From Neodothiora populina (taxonomy: Eukaryota), in NCBI RefSeq assembly GCF_041146345.1, contig NW_027191413.1:1550001-1614000 (forward strand): a stretch of 64,000 nt of DNA, written 5' to 3'. Below, in pieces: positions 48,391 through 58,797 of the stretch. The number at the start of each line of letters is the position of its first letter. Positions within the stretch are counted from its first letter, which is position 1. Under the pieces are notes generated by a model, which had not been told where the DNA came from, did no database searches, and worked only from the letters and a program-made list of their open reading frames with translations. The translations under genes were made by a program, and so were the position numbers.

Positions 48391-49095
48391 CTAATTTCCA
48401 TCTTCCGGGCCCAAAGGACTAATTTCCACCGATCCCATTGTAGTCTGTCTCCCCAGCCTATCCGAGGGTAATGCAGCAGGAGAAGAAGAAGAAGAAGAAG
48501 AAGAAGAAGAAGAAGAAGAAGACGCCTGCGTCACTCCTGGAGTCGTCGAAGAATGAGAAAAAAGCGGCATGACAGCATCGCCATTACCGCCGTATGGGCC
48601 GAAGACATCCTTGGTTGAAGTCGCCTCTTTTGGTCCGGCGAGGGTGTTGGGTTGGGCGGCTTTGCGGTCGTCTACTGCGTGTTTCTGCTGGCTTCTCCTG
48701 CGTCTTGCTAGGAGGTAGATGATCACAGCGGCTAGTAGGATTGTACAAGCACCTCCGATGGTGGCTCCTACGATGCTGCCGGTCTTGGAGTTCGAGCGAC
48801 CTGATTGGGTAGACGAAGTGCTTGAACTTGACTGCCTCGTCGAAGGCAATGGCGGTGCTCTGGTAGTGATCTGTATCGTTGGAGATTCTGAACCCAAGAT
48901 GGCACTCGAGCTGAGCTCCTTCGATGATGACGTTGACATTGCAGTCGTTATGGGAAATGTGGAATGGACCGAGGATACATCCTTACAAGTACTTCCTGGA
49001 TTACATGGATTGGCTGAGCAGCAGCCACGGAATCCATTCTGACAGACATAATAAGCACCTCCTTGACAGTCCTGGCGAAGCAATATCGTATCCAT
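48391..49095 (-). CDS. Single-pass membrane protein with small Cys-rich N-terminal ectodomain and Ser/Thr stalk
   Basis: CQGGAYYVCQNGFRGCCSANPCNPGSTC; S/T-rich linker; TM helix IVGATIGGACTILLAAVIIYLLA followed by RRRR; poly-Ser from a (TCT)n repeat at 48481-48521. Confidence 0.8.
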   Translation of the reverse strand: MDTILLRQDCQGGAYYVCQNGFRGCCSANPCNPGSTCKDVSSVHSTFPITTAMSTSSSKELSSSAILGSESPTIQITTRAPPLPSTRQSSSSTSSTQSGRSNSKTGSIVGATIGGACTILLAAVIIYLLARRRRSQQKHAVDDRKAAQPNTLAGPKEATSTKDVFGPYGGNGDAVMPLFSHSSTTPGVTQASSSSSSSSSSSSSSPAALPSDRLGRQTTMGSVEISPLGPEDGN

Positions 49096-50033
49096 CGTGG
49101 GTCACCACGCGAGAGTCCGACGGACGTGCATGAAGTATGCACCTGTGTGGGTATGGAAGAGGACAATAGCTGTCACGCTCAAACAGGGAAATTGGGAGCT
49201 TCTGCAAGGGCATGGTGGAATGCATGCTCTGTTATAGAATACCGGAAGAGAATGAGGAGGTATGAGGAAGAGAAACTACAGAACAAAGAGAGTGATAGGA
49301 GACATGGAAACGGACACAAACAAGTTCAAGATCTTGTACACAAGCACGTGTCCACATTGCATCCTACCGTGGTATGCATACAGCTGTCTTCTTCCAGGAT
49401 CTTGAACAGTGCTTTCCTCTCCAAGAAGATTATAGTACGGTCAAAAGCTTGCACCTCATCCAGTGTGTGTTGTGTGCTCCAGCTAAGAGACTACATCTGC
49501 AACAATATGCGCCTCCTATGTGATCAATTGGCGAGAGATTTCAGTACCTCAGTTATGTACAATCACATTTCTGACGATTCAGTTGCTTTCTCGCCCAGTT
49601 AAGAGTGTGGTGCGAAGTTATGGTATGCTTGGCAACGGACCTCATGTCCCGCATTGGGACGAGTATTGCGTGTTTCGTGACATCACAGAGCTTTCAGTAT
49701 GTTTAGTAAAGCGTCCAGAGAAGACCACTCTGCCACTCTATCATGCAATATACAGTAGTGCAGGGCAGCGTAAAGGAAAAAGGTGGTGTATGAGTTGACG
49801 TACAGTACATGAACCTATATGGTAGTTATAAAAGCATATAGCTGACGTCACTACCATGTATGACAATAATAGACCGGAGGTGAGTATCCTGTAGACAAAC
49901 AACCAGACAACTGAGTTAGTCGCCCCCGAGCTAATGCTAGTGAATCTCCATCGATTTAGATCTGGACTTAACTGGGTACTTTGAAGCTGTCTATAGAAAG
50001 TACTCTCGAAGAATTGAACGCACACCCGCCAAC

Positions 50034-50975
50034 ATGTCGAAGAGGACGCTGGACAGCTTCTTCGTTGCGCCACAAGCAAAGAAACAGAAACTATCAACAG
50101 CCGCTCCGTCTCAGCATCCAACATATCCATTATCAGTGGCTCAACTACCACCTGACATCTCCGAAGCACTAGAGTTTGCACCAGCTGAGGAAGGCACGGC
50201 GATCAATGACCAGCCTGATCTGGACCTGGTCTACTTCCAGCCATATATAGCGCGAGATGTAGCGAAATCGCTATTCCAGTTCCTTCGAGCTGAACTGTTC
50301 TTCTATCGAGTCGAGTACAAGATTAAGCGAGGCCCAGTGGAGACTCAAATTCGGACGCCGAGGTTTACCACGGTCTTCGGAGTTGACGACAGTGCTCGTT
50401 TCAGCGAAGACGGTAGTGTTGTGGACTTTGCCACAGGAAAGAAGGTAGCTAAAGATCGCTACAAATATGAACCTAGACCACTGCCAGCGTGTCTCGATTT
50501 CCTACGCAGGCTGACGGAGGGAAGCACTGGGAAGACTTACAATTTTGCCCTGGTGAATTATTACGCGTCAGGGAGTGATAGTATATCTTACCACAGCGAC
50601 GATGAGCGATTCTTAGGAGTGGACCCAGCCATAGCATCATTTTCTCTCGGCGCAAAGCGTGACTTCCTCATGAAGCACAAGCCGACGCAAGGGTCAGGAA
50701 AGGAGGAGACGAAAGAGGCTAAGCCTCTCAAGTTACCTCTGGGATCTGGAGACATGATACTGATGCGCGGCAAGACACAGTCGATGTGGTTGCATTCCAT
50801 TCCTAAGAGAAGGGGTGGAGAGAGCGACCAAGGCCGGATCAATATTACATTCCGCAAGGCGGTGGTCCGCGAGGGGACAAACAATTACTACCGATACAAC
50901 GTGGGTGAAGGGGTCCCCCACAAGTGGGACGACAAGAAGGGCATGGTTCCGTGGTCAGAAACAGCTCATACTTAG
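50034..50975 (+). CDS. AlkB-family 2OG-Fe(II) dioxygenase (ALKBH2/3-like DNA demethylase), intronless
   Basis: TPRFTTVFG; YNFALVNYYASGSDSISYHSDDE (HxD); IASFSLGAKRDF; WLHSIPKR; RINITFR. Confidence 0.93.
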   Translation: MSKRTLDSFFVAPQAKKQKLSTAAPSQHPTYPLSVAQLPPDISEALEFAPAEEGTAINDQPDLDLVYFQPYIARDVAKSLFQFLRAELFFYRVEYKIKRGPVETQIRTPRFTTVFGVDDSARFSEDGSVVDFATGKKVAKDRYKYEPRPLPACLDFLRRLTEGSTGKTYNFALVNYYASGSDSISYHSDDERFLGVDPAIASFSLGAKRDFLMKHKPTQGSGKEETKEAKPLKLPLGSGDMILMRGKTQSMWLHSIPKRRGGESDQGRINITFRKAVVREGTNNYYRYNVGEGVPHKWDDKKGMVPWSETAHT

Positions 50976-51741
50976 GCTTGTTCGAAGCAGCCTCGTCTCT
51001 CCGAGCGATCCGCTCTGAAATCACAATAGAGATAGCGTCCTTCGAGCGACACGATCGAAGATGTACTAGTTGACATGATAGAACAGACCTGGAAGTTGTT
51101 AGACACTAGAAAGGCAACCCAACGTTACCTCATAGATATGTACAACAATTACACAGTAAAACTTGGTCCTGAGTGTTTTCAGAAGAGCCAGGGTGATACT
51201 GCACAAGCAGCTCGTTGTCCAATGAGGCCGCGGCCCATATTATCGCCTCCAGCACATTTTCATCATACCGTACGGAGAGAACGGACTTTACCAAACGGAA
51301 ATAGCAGATTGTTTGGTGAGCGTATCGCCGAGAGATATTTCAACAGCCTTGAGCACTCTGACTAACATAGCAATCAATGCATACACGAAACCTGTGGTAG
51401 TCGGCATCAAGTGATGAATGGTCGAAGAGCTGGTCGAAGAGAGCAAGATAAGATGCTCAGCAGAACCTTGGACATGATGGTTAGGTACAAGTGGTCAGTC
51501 GCGAAACGGATGGGTGATGGCTTGGCACAGAGATCTTACTCTCAGTCCAGGTTCCTACCGTATTGTGCGGTCGCTTCCTGCGGTCGTTTCTCTATAGCAT
51601 CCGCAACCACATCATCACCAGATTGGTGTTTCTCCTCATTTCTTAATCGTCCTCGGTGACATCACCTTTGGCTTGATTTGATTTGTGTAAAGTTGTAAGG
51701 TCATCCTCCTTATCTCTCCTGGCTTGATTTGATGAAGATCT

Positions 51742-51748
51742 TATAAAA
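51742..51748 (+). promoter_or_regulatory. Candidate TATA box of the Zn2Cys6 TF gene
   Basis: TATAAAA about 320 bp upstream of ATG 52066. Confidence 0.4.
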
Positions 51749-52065
51749 GCCCGCGCGCACCTGCAACAGGCGCGTTGCATATGCCAAATTTTGTGTAGCA
51801 GATTACACATCAAACAGACACGACAGGACCAACTAACCAGCGACGAAGCAGAAAACTCCTAAGCATCCATTTTTGGGCCTTCGCCATCAAGTGATTCGGC
51901 CTCCCCGTTCCTTATTAGCAGCCCATCAACTGGGCTGAGCGCGCGATCCAGCACGTTGCCATATTTGGAACAACACGCGCCTACGGGAAACAGGCATCTA
52001 CTATTCCCTGCATCGCGCCTTGAGTCCCATAAAGGACACTTCTGCTCCTTTTCATAAGTGAAAAC

Positions 52066-55014
52066 ATGTTGACCCCAACCCCGCCTTCGGCGCACTCTTC
52101 AAGTGGTGCCTCTCCAGATACTGGACAGTTCCGTGTGGTGCGCAAAAGAAACAGGATCCCGTTGTCTTGCGGCCCTTGCAGACATAGAAAGTAAGAGACA
52201 TTGGTCACGTGGCGATATAGAGAGCAACAGCGAGCTGATGGCCATTCTAGGCTGAAGTGCAACCGCGGACACCCTTGCGACAACTGTCAGAAGCGCGGTG
52301 ATACTGCCTCTTGCGCCTATGCCTCACCTACTGTGCGAAAGAAGGGAGCGACCTCAGCCATGCTGAATAGCTCCCCCGATGACATGCAGAATCGCATAGA
52401 TCGGCTCGAAAGCCTTGTACTCTCACTCATGACCAATGGACATCAGTCCGCTGGACCTACCGCTGCTCATGCCGCCATTACCTCTAGTCGTAGTGACAGT
52501 CTCGCCAATTCTTCCGCCACCTCCTTCATGCCATCTGACCCGAACAGCATAAGAGAGGTAGAAGGCGAAGACAGCGATGTCAACGATGTCGCGCAAGGCT
52601 TGGGCATCATGAAAGTCGATAACGGCAAAGCAATGTTCGCGTCTGATTCGCATTGGTACGCAATTCTCGCCGATGTAAGTACAAGCCAACATCCATTCCA
52701 TCAATCCAGCTTTTGACACGGAGACCCAGATCGCCGAGGTCAAAAACTACTTTGCGAATCACAAAGACCAGTACCAAGAGCAATTTCAAAAGGTCGAAGC
52801 CTCCAAGGAAGACCACGATACTGGATCTTTCCTTTTCAGGGCTCCAAGGTTGAATGACAAATCTGAGATCATTGCCAATTTCCCCACCAAGCCTGCTGTA
52901 GACCGCTTGGTCGCGCGTTACTTCAATTCATACGATCCAGCCGTTCGTAAGTGGCATACCGTCCATATGCATTGCTGATTGGCTTTCCCTCTAATTTGAT
53001 CTACAGATATCATTCATGGTCCTACTTTCCAGACTCAATATGATCAGCATTGGGCGAATCCTTCCGAGACCTCGTGTGTCTTCTATGCTTTGCTCTATGC
53101 TATCATGACATTGTCTCTACAGTCCTACAACCGAGCGGGAGACGAGCCTCCTGAGTACCGCGGCAAAACCCTTGAGCTGTCCATAAGCTACCGTAGAACT
53201 ACTGCTCAATGTCTGGTGCTGGCGGACACTAGCGTACCCATGGCACAAATGCTTGAGGCTCTCCTCTTGCATCTTCAAGCAGAGTACAGCAGGAGTAGAG
53301 ATGCTGAGACTGGTGTGCTGATGATATCGTGTATATGTGTACGCATGGCCATGCGCATGGGCTACCACCGCGATCCCAGACCTTATCCCACCATTACACC
53401 CTTCCAAGCAGAGATGCGAAGGCGGGTGTGGTCATTTGTCAGACAGGCAGATATCATGTTTTCCTTCCAATTCGGCCTCCCTAGCATGATACGATCGGAC
53501 CACGTTGACACGGAAATGCCACGAAATCTGTACGATGACGAACTGCACGAGGACATGACGGAACTGCCTCCATCGAGAACAGACTCTGAGATCACGCCCA
53601 TGTCTTACATGATTGCAAAAGCTCGGCTGGCGTTCTTGTTCGGCAAGATCGTCGACCGCACTCAGTCGATCCATATGCCACCTTCATACGATGAAGTCAT
53701 GAAACTCGATGCCGAGCTTCGAGAGGCACACGAGTCGACACCGCAACACCTGAAATTGCGAACCATCCAAGAGTCATCGCGAGATCCAGCAAACCTGGTC
53801 ATGGAGCGTTTCGGTCTCGAGCTGATATACCTCAAGTCACAGGTCATGTTGCACCGCAGGTTCATTGCAAGAGGAAGAGATACTCAACGTTATGCCTATT
53901 CGCGACGTGCATGCATCGATGCATCAATGGAAATGCTGGCACATCAATCGACCCTGCACCACGAAGCTCAGCCGGGCGGTAGACTTCGATCCGTGAAGTG
54001 GTTCATCTCCTCCCTGACGACACATGATTTCCTTCTAGCAGCAATGGTTGTCTGCCTGGACCTATACCACACTTCTGAAGTGGAACGTCTTGGTCGCAAG
54101 TCGTCGACCGGATCCTCACCAATGTCCTCGGACGTTTGGGCTCAAGATCTTAAGCCGCAGATGATGAACGCACTCAACCACTGCATAGGCATCTGGGATA
54201 GCCTACGCGATCAGAGTATGGAAGCATACAAGGCATCAACGACACTGCGAGTGATGTTGGAGAAGCTCGTGGCGCAACAGCACGCCATGTCGGGAGGATT
54301 GCAGCAGCCACAGCAGGTTCCCCGCGCACACATGACTTCGGCATATCCAGCCCTCCGTCAAGGTGGCTACGGCGTATTCCCCAACGGCCAAGTCGCTGAT
54401 GTGGTGGAGGACGAGGTGCCGCCCGAGCACTCAGCAGCCATGACACTGGGCTTGCTGTCTTCTGGTGGCGTGAGTCCCAACGCAGCATTCGCTGCTCATG
54501 CAGGTCAGGGCTTATCGATGGAGGGACGACCATATCCTGCGAGCATGGCAGGTCTGCTCAACGACCCCATGCCCGCGCGGACCGGTCTCACGCCGCAGTA
54601 CAGCGGTGCAGAGACTGGTCCGCAAGGCATGACAGGTGCGTTGAGTCCTGGTTCACAACTGCTCGCCATGGCTAACATGAGCAACGCGGCGGGCGCAGAA
54701 GGGGTGGAAATCGACTGGGTAAGTACTGGATCGAAAACTCCCAGGAAAGGAAGACAATCCGCTGACATTTCGAAATGCAGAACGCATGGGATTCATATGT
54801 TCAAGGCACAGCAATGGACCCGATGCAAATGTGGTCGATGAATGTCGATGCGGCCGGTCCGCTGGACGGGCAATTGCAGCAGCAGCAGCAGCATCAGCAG
54901 CATCAGCAAGCGCAGTCGCAGCACGTCGGTGGACACAACGGCAGCGGCAACGGCAACGGCGTGGGCAACAATTTCATGGATGGCCTCGATCCGCAAGGCA
55001 CCGATATGATGTGA
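52066..55014 (+). CDS. Zn(II)2Cys6 transcription factor with fungal-specific TF (middle homology) domain, 4 introns
   Basis: RKRNRIPLSCGPCRHRKLKCNRGHPCDNCQKRGDTASC; dimerisation helix MQNRIDRLESLVLSLM; VRMAMRMGYHRDP..EMRRRVW..DTEMPRNLYDDEL. Confidence 0.95.
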
Positions 55015-55369
55015 AACGGTTTGGGCATGGGTAAGGTCAGGTCAGGTAGAAAAAAGCGAGTCAGAATTGTGCCAGCGTAAATCTGGTGTCGACAGAGAAG
55101 AGAGCACACGGCGAAAGGGTATGTATGAATGACAAAGCGCGATGACTGCTGAATGGCAGAAATGCAAGTGCTTAGCGGTATGTTTTTCTTGTTTCTTGGT
55201 ATAACCGAATGGCGATGAAATTGCAGAGACATGGATGACAAGGCAGCATGGGTTCAGTAGGGGCATTCCTCTTCTGTACCATGCTCTAATGAGACACACA
55301 CACACATATCTCCACTCTTTTGTGACTCTCAGCACTCGTGAAAGACATGATATATTTCTTGACATACGA

Positions 55370-56059
55370 TCAAGCAGAACCAGAGTTCGGATAACCGTCC
55401 TTATCCACAGGATTAGCTGGACCACCTCTCTGACCCAGAACGCCCGCGACATCGACCTTCTCCTGTTTCTCCGCCTTTATCTCCTCACGCGCAGGAGCCT
55501 GCTCAGCCTTCTTCCTATCCAAGTCCGACTCAAGGCCCGGCGCAGCCCCCGTGGCACCAGGTTTGTTCTCGACGGCATCGGCAATCTTGGACTCGGCAGG
55601 CGCAGCCATCTGCTCGCCGTCGTTCTCGTTGTGTCGCCCTACATCCTCGTTGCTGAGGCCTTTTGATTCTTCGCCTGCTGGGGCGCCGCGCACGCCGCGC
55701 GCTACTGAGGTCGGGGTCGCTTCGGATTGGGAGTGCGCTTGCTCTGAGTGGATGCGCTTGTCGCTGTTTTTCGGGGCGGTGGTCAGTCTTTCGGGGGTTT
55801 CTTTCTCTCTTCGTGGTGGAAGCTGGGACTATGATGTGCATCACATCTTGCGTGACGAACGGTAGAAGCAGCATCGCGTGGGTGTAGTACGGGAGATGAA
55901 TGAATAGAAATAAGAGACATACGTCGTGGGAGCATCACTGTGGGAATTGATGTTTGACTGAGCTTTCTCAGCGGGCTCTCTGGACACCGGGTTGCCAGGA
56001 GTGGTGTATGCCTGGTTGAGGCTAGGTTGCGCGGGCCCTTGGGGATCGAGTCCTGACAT
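55370..56059 (-). CDS. Small hydrophilic protein of unknown function (about 175 aa), 1 intron
   Basis: Exon 1 MSGLDPQGPAQPSLNQAYTTPGNP..; intron GTATGT..ACTGAC..CAG (about 55921-55764) joins in frame to DKRIHSEQ...LESDLDRKKAEQAPARE..VDVAGVLGQRGGPA. Rich in Gly/Ala/Glu/Lys with few aromatics. Confidence 0.75.
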
Positions 56060-56993
56060 TATGATTACTGTACGGGAGATTGATTATGAACTGATCTTGG
56101 GATCTGAGGCGCAGATGTGTATGTGAGGTCTTGTTTTTCGTGAGTGTTGACGAAGGGGACAATTGTTTGGATGGGTAGGTAGATTTATTCCTATTCTAGA
56201 ACAAGTGTGACAACAGAAAGCAAAGAAATAAAGTACAGACAAGATAATCTAGAGCAGTGAGGTAGGAACAAAGTAAAGAGCAGGCGATCCATCCGTACCC
56301 TACCTTATCTCACCACAACCACAACCCGTATTGCCGTCCCTTGTTGACACAAGATATCTGTGCATCGCCAATCCTCCTCTCGATCGCGGAAAACGTCCGA
56401 TTGACAAGCAACGTAAGGTAAGGCGATTCTGTGGCTTGTTCCCTCCACTATTCCTTGTCTTTTTCCCCCCTCCCAGAATCAGATGCGTCCCACTTCCCCG
56501 CACACGTCATCGCTTGTCACAACACCGTAATCGATTTCGGGTTAATGTCTACAGGGCAGAGGGTGTAGCTTTTGAAGTACAGTAAAGGAAGATGGAGGGA
56601 CATTATACGAGATTCGAGATAGATTGATGATTTGCATGAAAACAAGTGACGGTAGATATACTAGAAGATTATATTTAATCACGTCTATAGATGTGCAGCA
56701 AGATAGTCCAACAGAGAGATCTATGAAGCAACACGGCACACATGATAATTGTGGATACAATGACCATCTAGATGTAATGTACGGTACTGTACGTGTGTGT
56801 CGTGTGTATGTGCATGCATGCAACGGGTCGGACGCAACACTCCGCTCGACTACTTCTTCCCACCCCTTCGTATCCTTTTCGATCGCTCTTGAAAAGATAT
56901 ACATATACTATCTCTCGTCCTCTACATCTCGTATACGTCCATAAAACCAAAACATCGTGAACCTCATATTCCCACATACTTACATATCTCATA

Positions 56994-58113
56994 ATGGCGT
57001 CCCGCAAAGAAGTCCTGAACAAGGTCTCCAAGATCGTGCCGCCCATGCTCGAGCACTTCCACAAGGGTGAGTCCAAAAGAGCTGCAAGACTCATCGCGTG
57101 CTTTGTTTTGGGCAATCGCTGACTCTGACAGGAATGCTGGGACGAGTGGCCGTCATCGGTGGCAGCGAAGACTACACGGGAGCACCATACTTTTCCGCAA
57201 TGGCATCAGCAAGACTAGGCGCCGACATGGTATGTCTTCTTCGATCTCCTCACATCCCTCGAGTGTTTCAAGCCCACTCTGAATTCTCGCGAAAGAAGAA
57301 CTGAAGAACTAACTCCACCAGTCTCACGTCATCTGCGAGCCCGGCGCAGGCCAAGTAATCAAGACGTACAGCCCGAACCTGATGGTGCACCCATACATGC
57401 GCCAGCAGAAGAACATGGGCGCCAACGAAACCATCGACAGCGTGTCCGAAGAAGTCGTAGCGATGCTGTCGCGACTGCACGTCGTCGTCATCGGGCCCGG
57501 CCTCGGTCGCGATCCTGCCATGCAGGAAACGTGTGCGCGCGTCATCACCGAGGCCCGCAAGAAGGACATTCCCTTCGTGCTGGACGCCGACGGCTTGTTC
57601 CTTGCGCAGACACGTCCCGAGCTCGTCGAGGGCTATAAGCAGTGTATCCTGACGCCTAATGTTGTCGAGTTTGGCAGGCTGGCCAAGAGCAAGAACATCG
57701 ATGTCAATGCCGAGGATCCGGAGCAGCTGTGCAGTAAGCTGAGCAAGGCGCTCGGCGGCGTGACGATTATTCAGAAGGGAAGCAAGGATTACATCTCCAA
57801 CGGCCAGCAGACGCTCATCTCGGACTCTGAGGGCGGTCTCAAGCGCGCTGGTGGTCAGGGTGATACTCTCACTGGCTCTCTTGCCACTCTGCTCGCTTAC
57901 AGGAAGGCATACCACGACAGGATCTGGGATCACGACAACAGTCTCAGCGAGGACGAGACGCTGACTCTGGTCGCTTACGGCGGCAGCGCCATCACCAGGG
58001 AGTGCTCGCGCTTGGCGTTCAAGGAGAAGGGCAGAAGTCTGCAGGCTGCCGACCTGACTGATCATGTCCACCAGGCCTTCTTGACCGTTCTGGGCGAGAA
58101 CACCAAGCTTTGA
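56994..58113 (+). CDS. NNR2: ATP-dependent (S)-NAD(P)H-hydrate dehydratase (NAXD/CARKD), 2 introns
   Basis: [86 protein letters not shown]; ends ENTKL*. Confidence 0.96.
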
Positions 58114-58797
58114 GCGCGGATAGAACAAGACTAGTCGACGAATTGACTTGGTCCTTCTCTTTTTTTGGGTTATTTGTATAAATATATAGCATGAATACAT
58201 GAAATAATGTGGATCGATCGACACACAGCAACCAAAACCCGAGAATTACGTTCGTCCTGATCATCCCTCCTTTTTGAGTGCTATTGGCCAGGCGTGAAAA
58301 TCGCCGTCATACTATAGCTCTGCACATCTGTCTCGCCATGAAGTCGACACGAGAATCAGTACACCTTTACACCCCTCCCAAAGACAACTTTGTCAGCGTG
58401 GCAACGTGGACAGCACAATCCATGTCAAGCATCAACGTATTCCGGAATCCTTGCAAACTTCATCGAAAGAAGCTGTATGGTCTGATCGTCTTTCCTTTCG
58501 GTCGCCCATGACTCGGAAGTCAATAGTCTGCTCGTTTTGGAAGATGTGATTGATAGACACAATCTTTTTTGCGGAAAAATAAAGTGATAATAACTCCCCT
58601 GTTGTGCTCATGTTGTCCATACAGACAACCCGCAAAGGCCCCTCTGGCAAGATACTCTGCTATTGCGTCCGTGACCGTGGAAAGGAGGTTCGGCTAAAAA
58701 CATGGAAACATAAGGCGCTAGAACATGGTACAATACTGTCATCGATGCTCTCTTCGTGGGGTCGATGCGTCGTCGCCTAACACGAAGAAGGCTCGAA

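Noticed and set aside
51781..51798. 5-codon uORF (MPNFV*) upstream of the Zn2Cys6 TF
   Set aside because: Only about 35 nt downstream of the TATA-like element, so it may lie outside the transcript; no further support.
2732..58113. A peroxisome or metabolite-repair gene cluster (MDH, ARMT1-like, PXMP4, AlkB, NNR2)
   Set aside because: The genes are spread over 55 kb and interleaved with unrelated housekeeping genes, and I saw no shared promoter motif.
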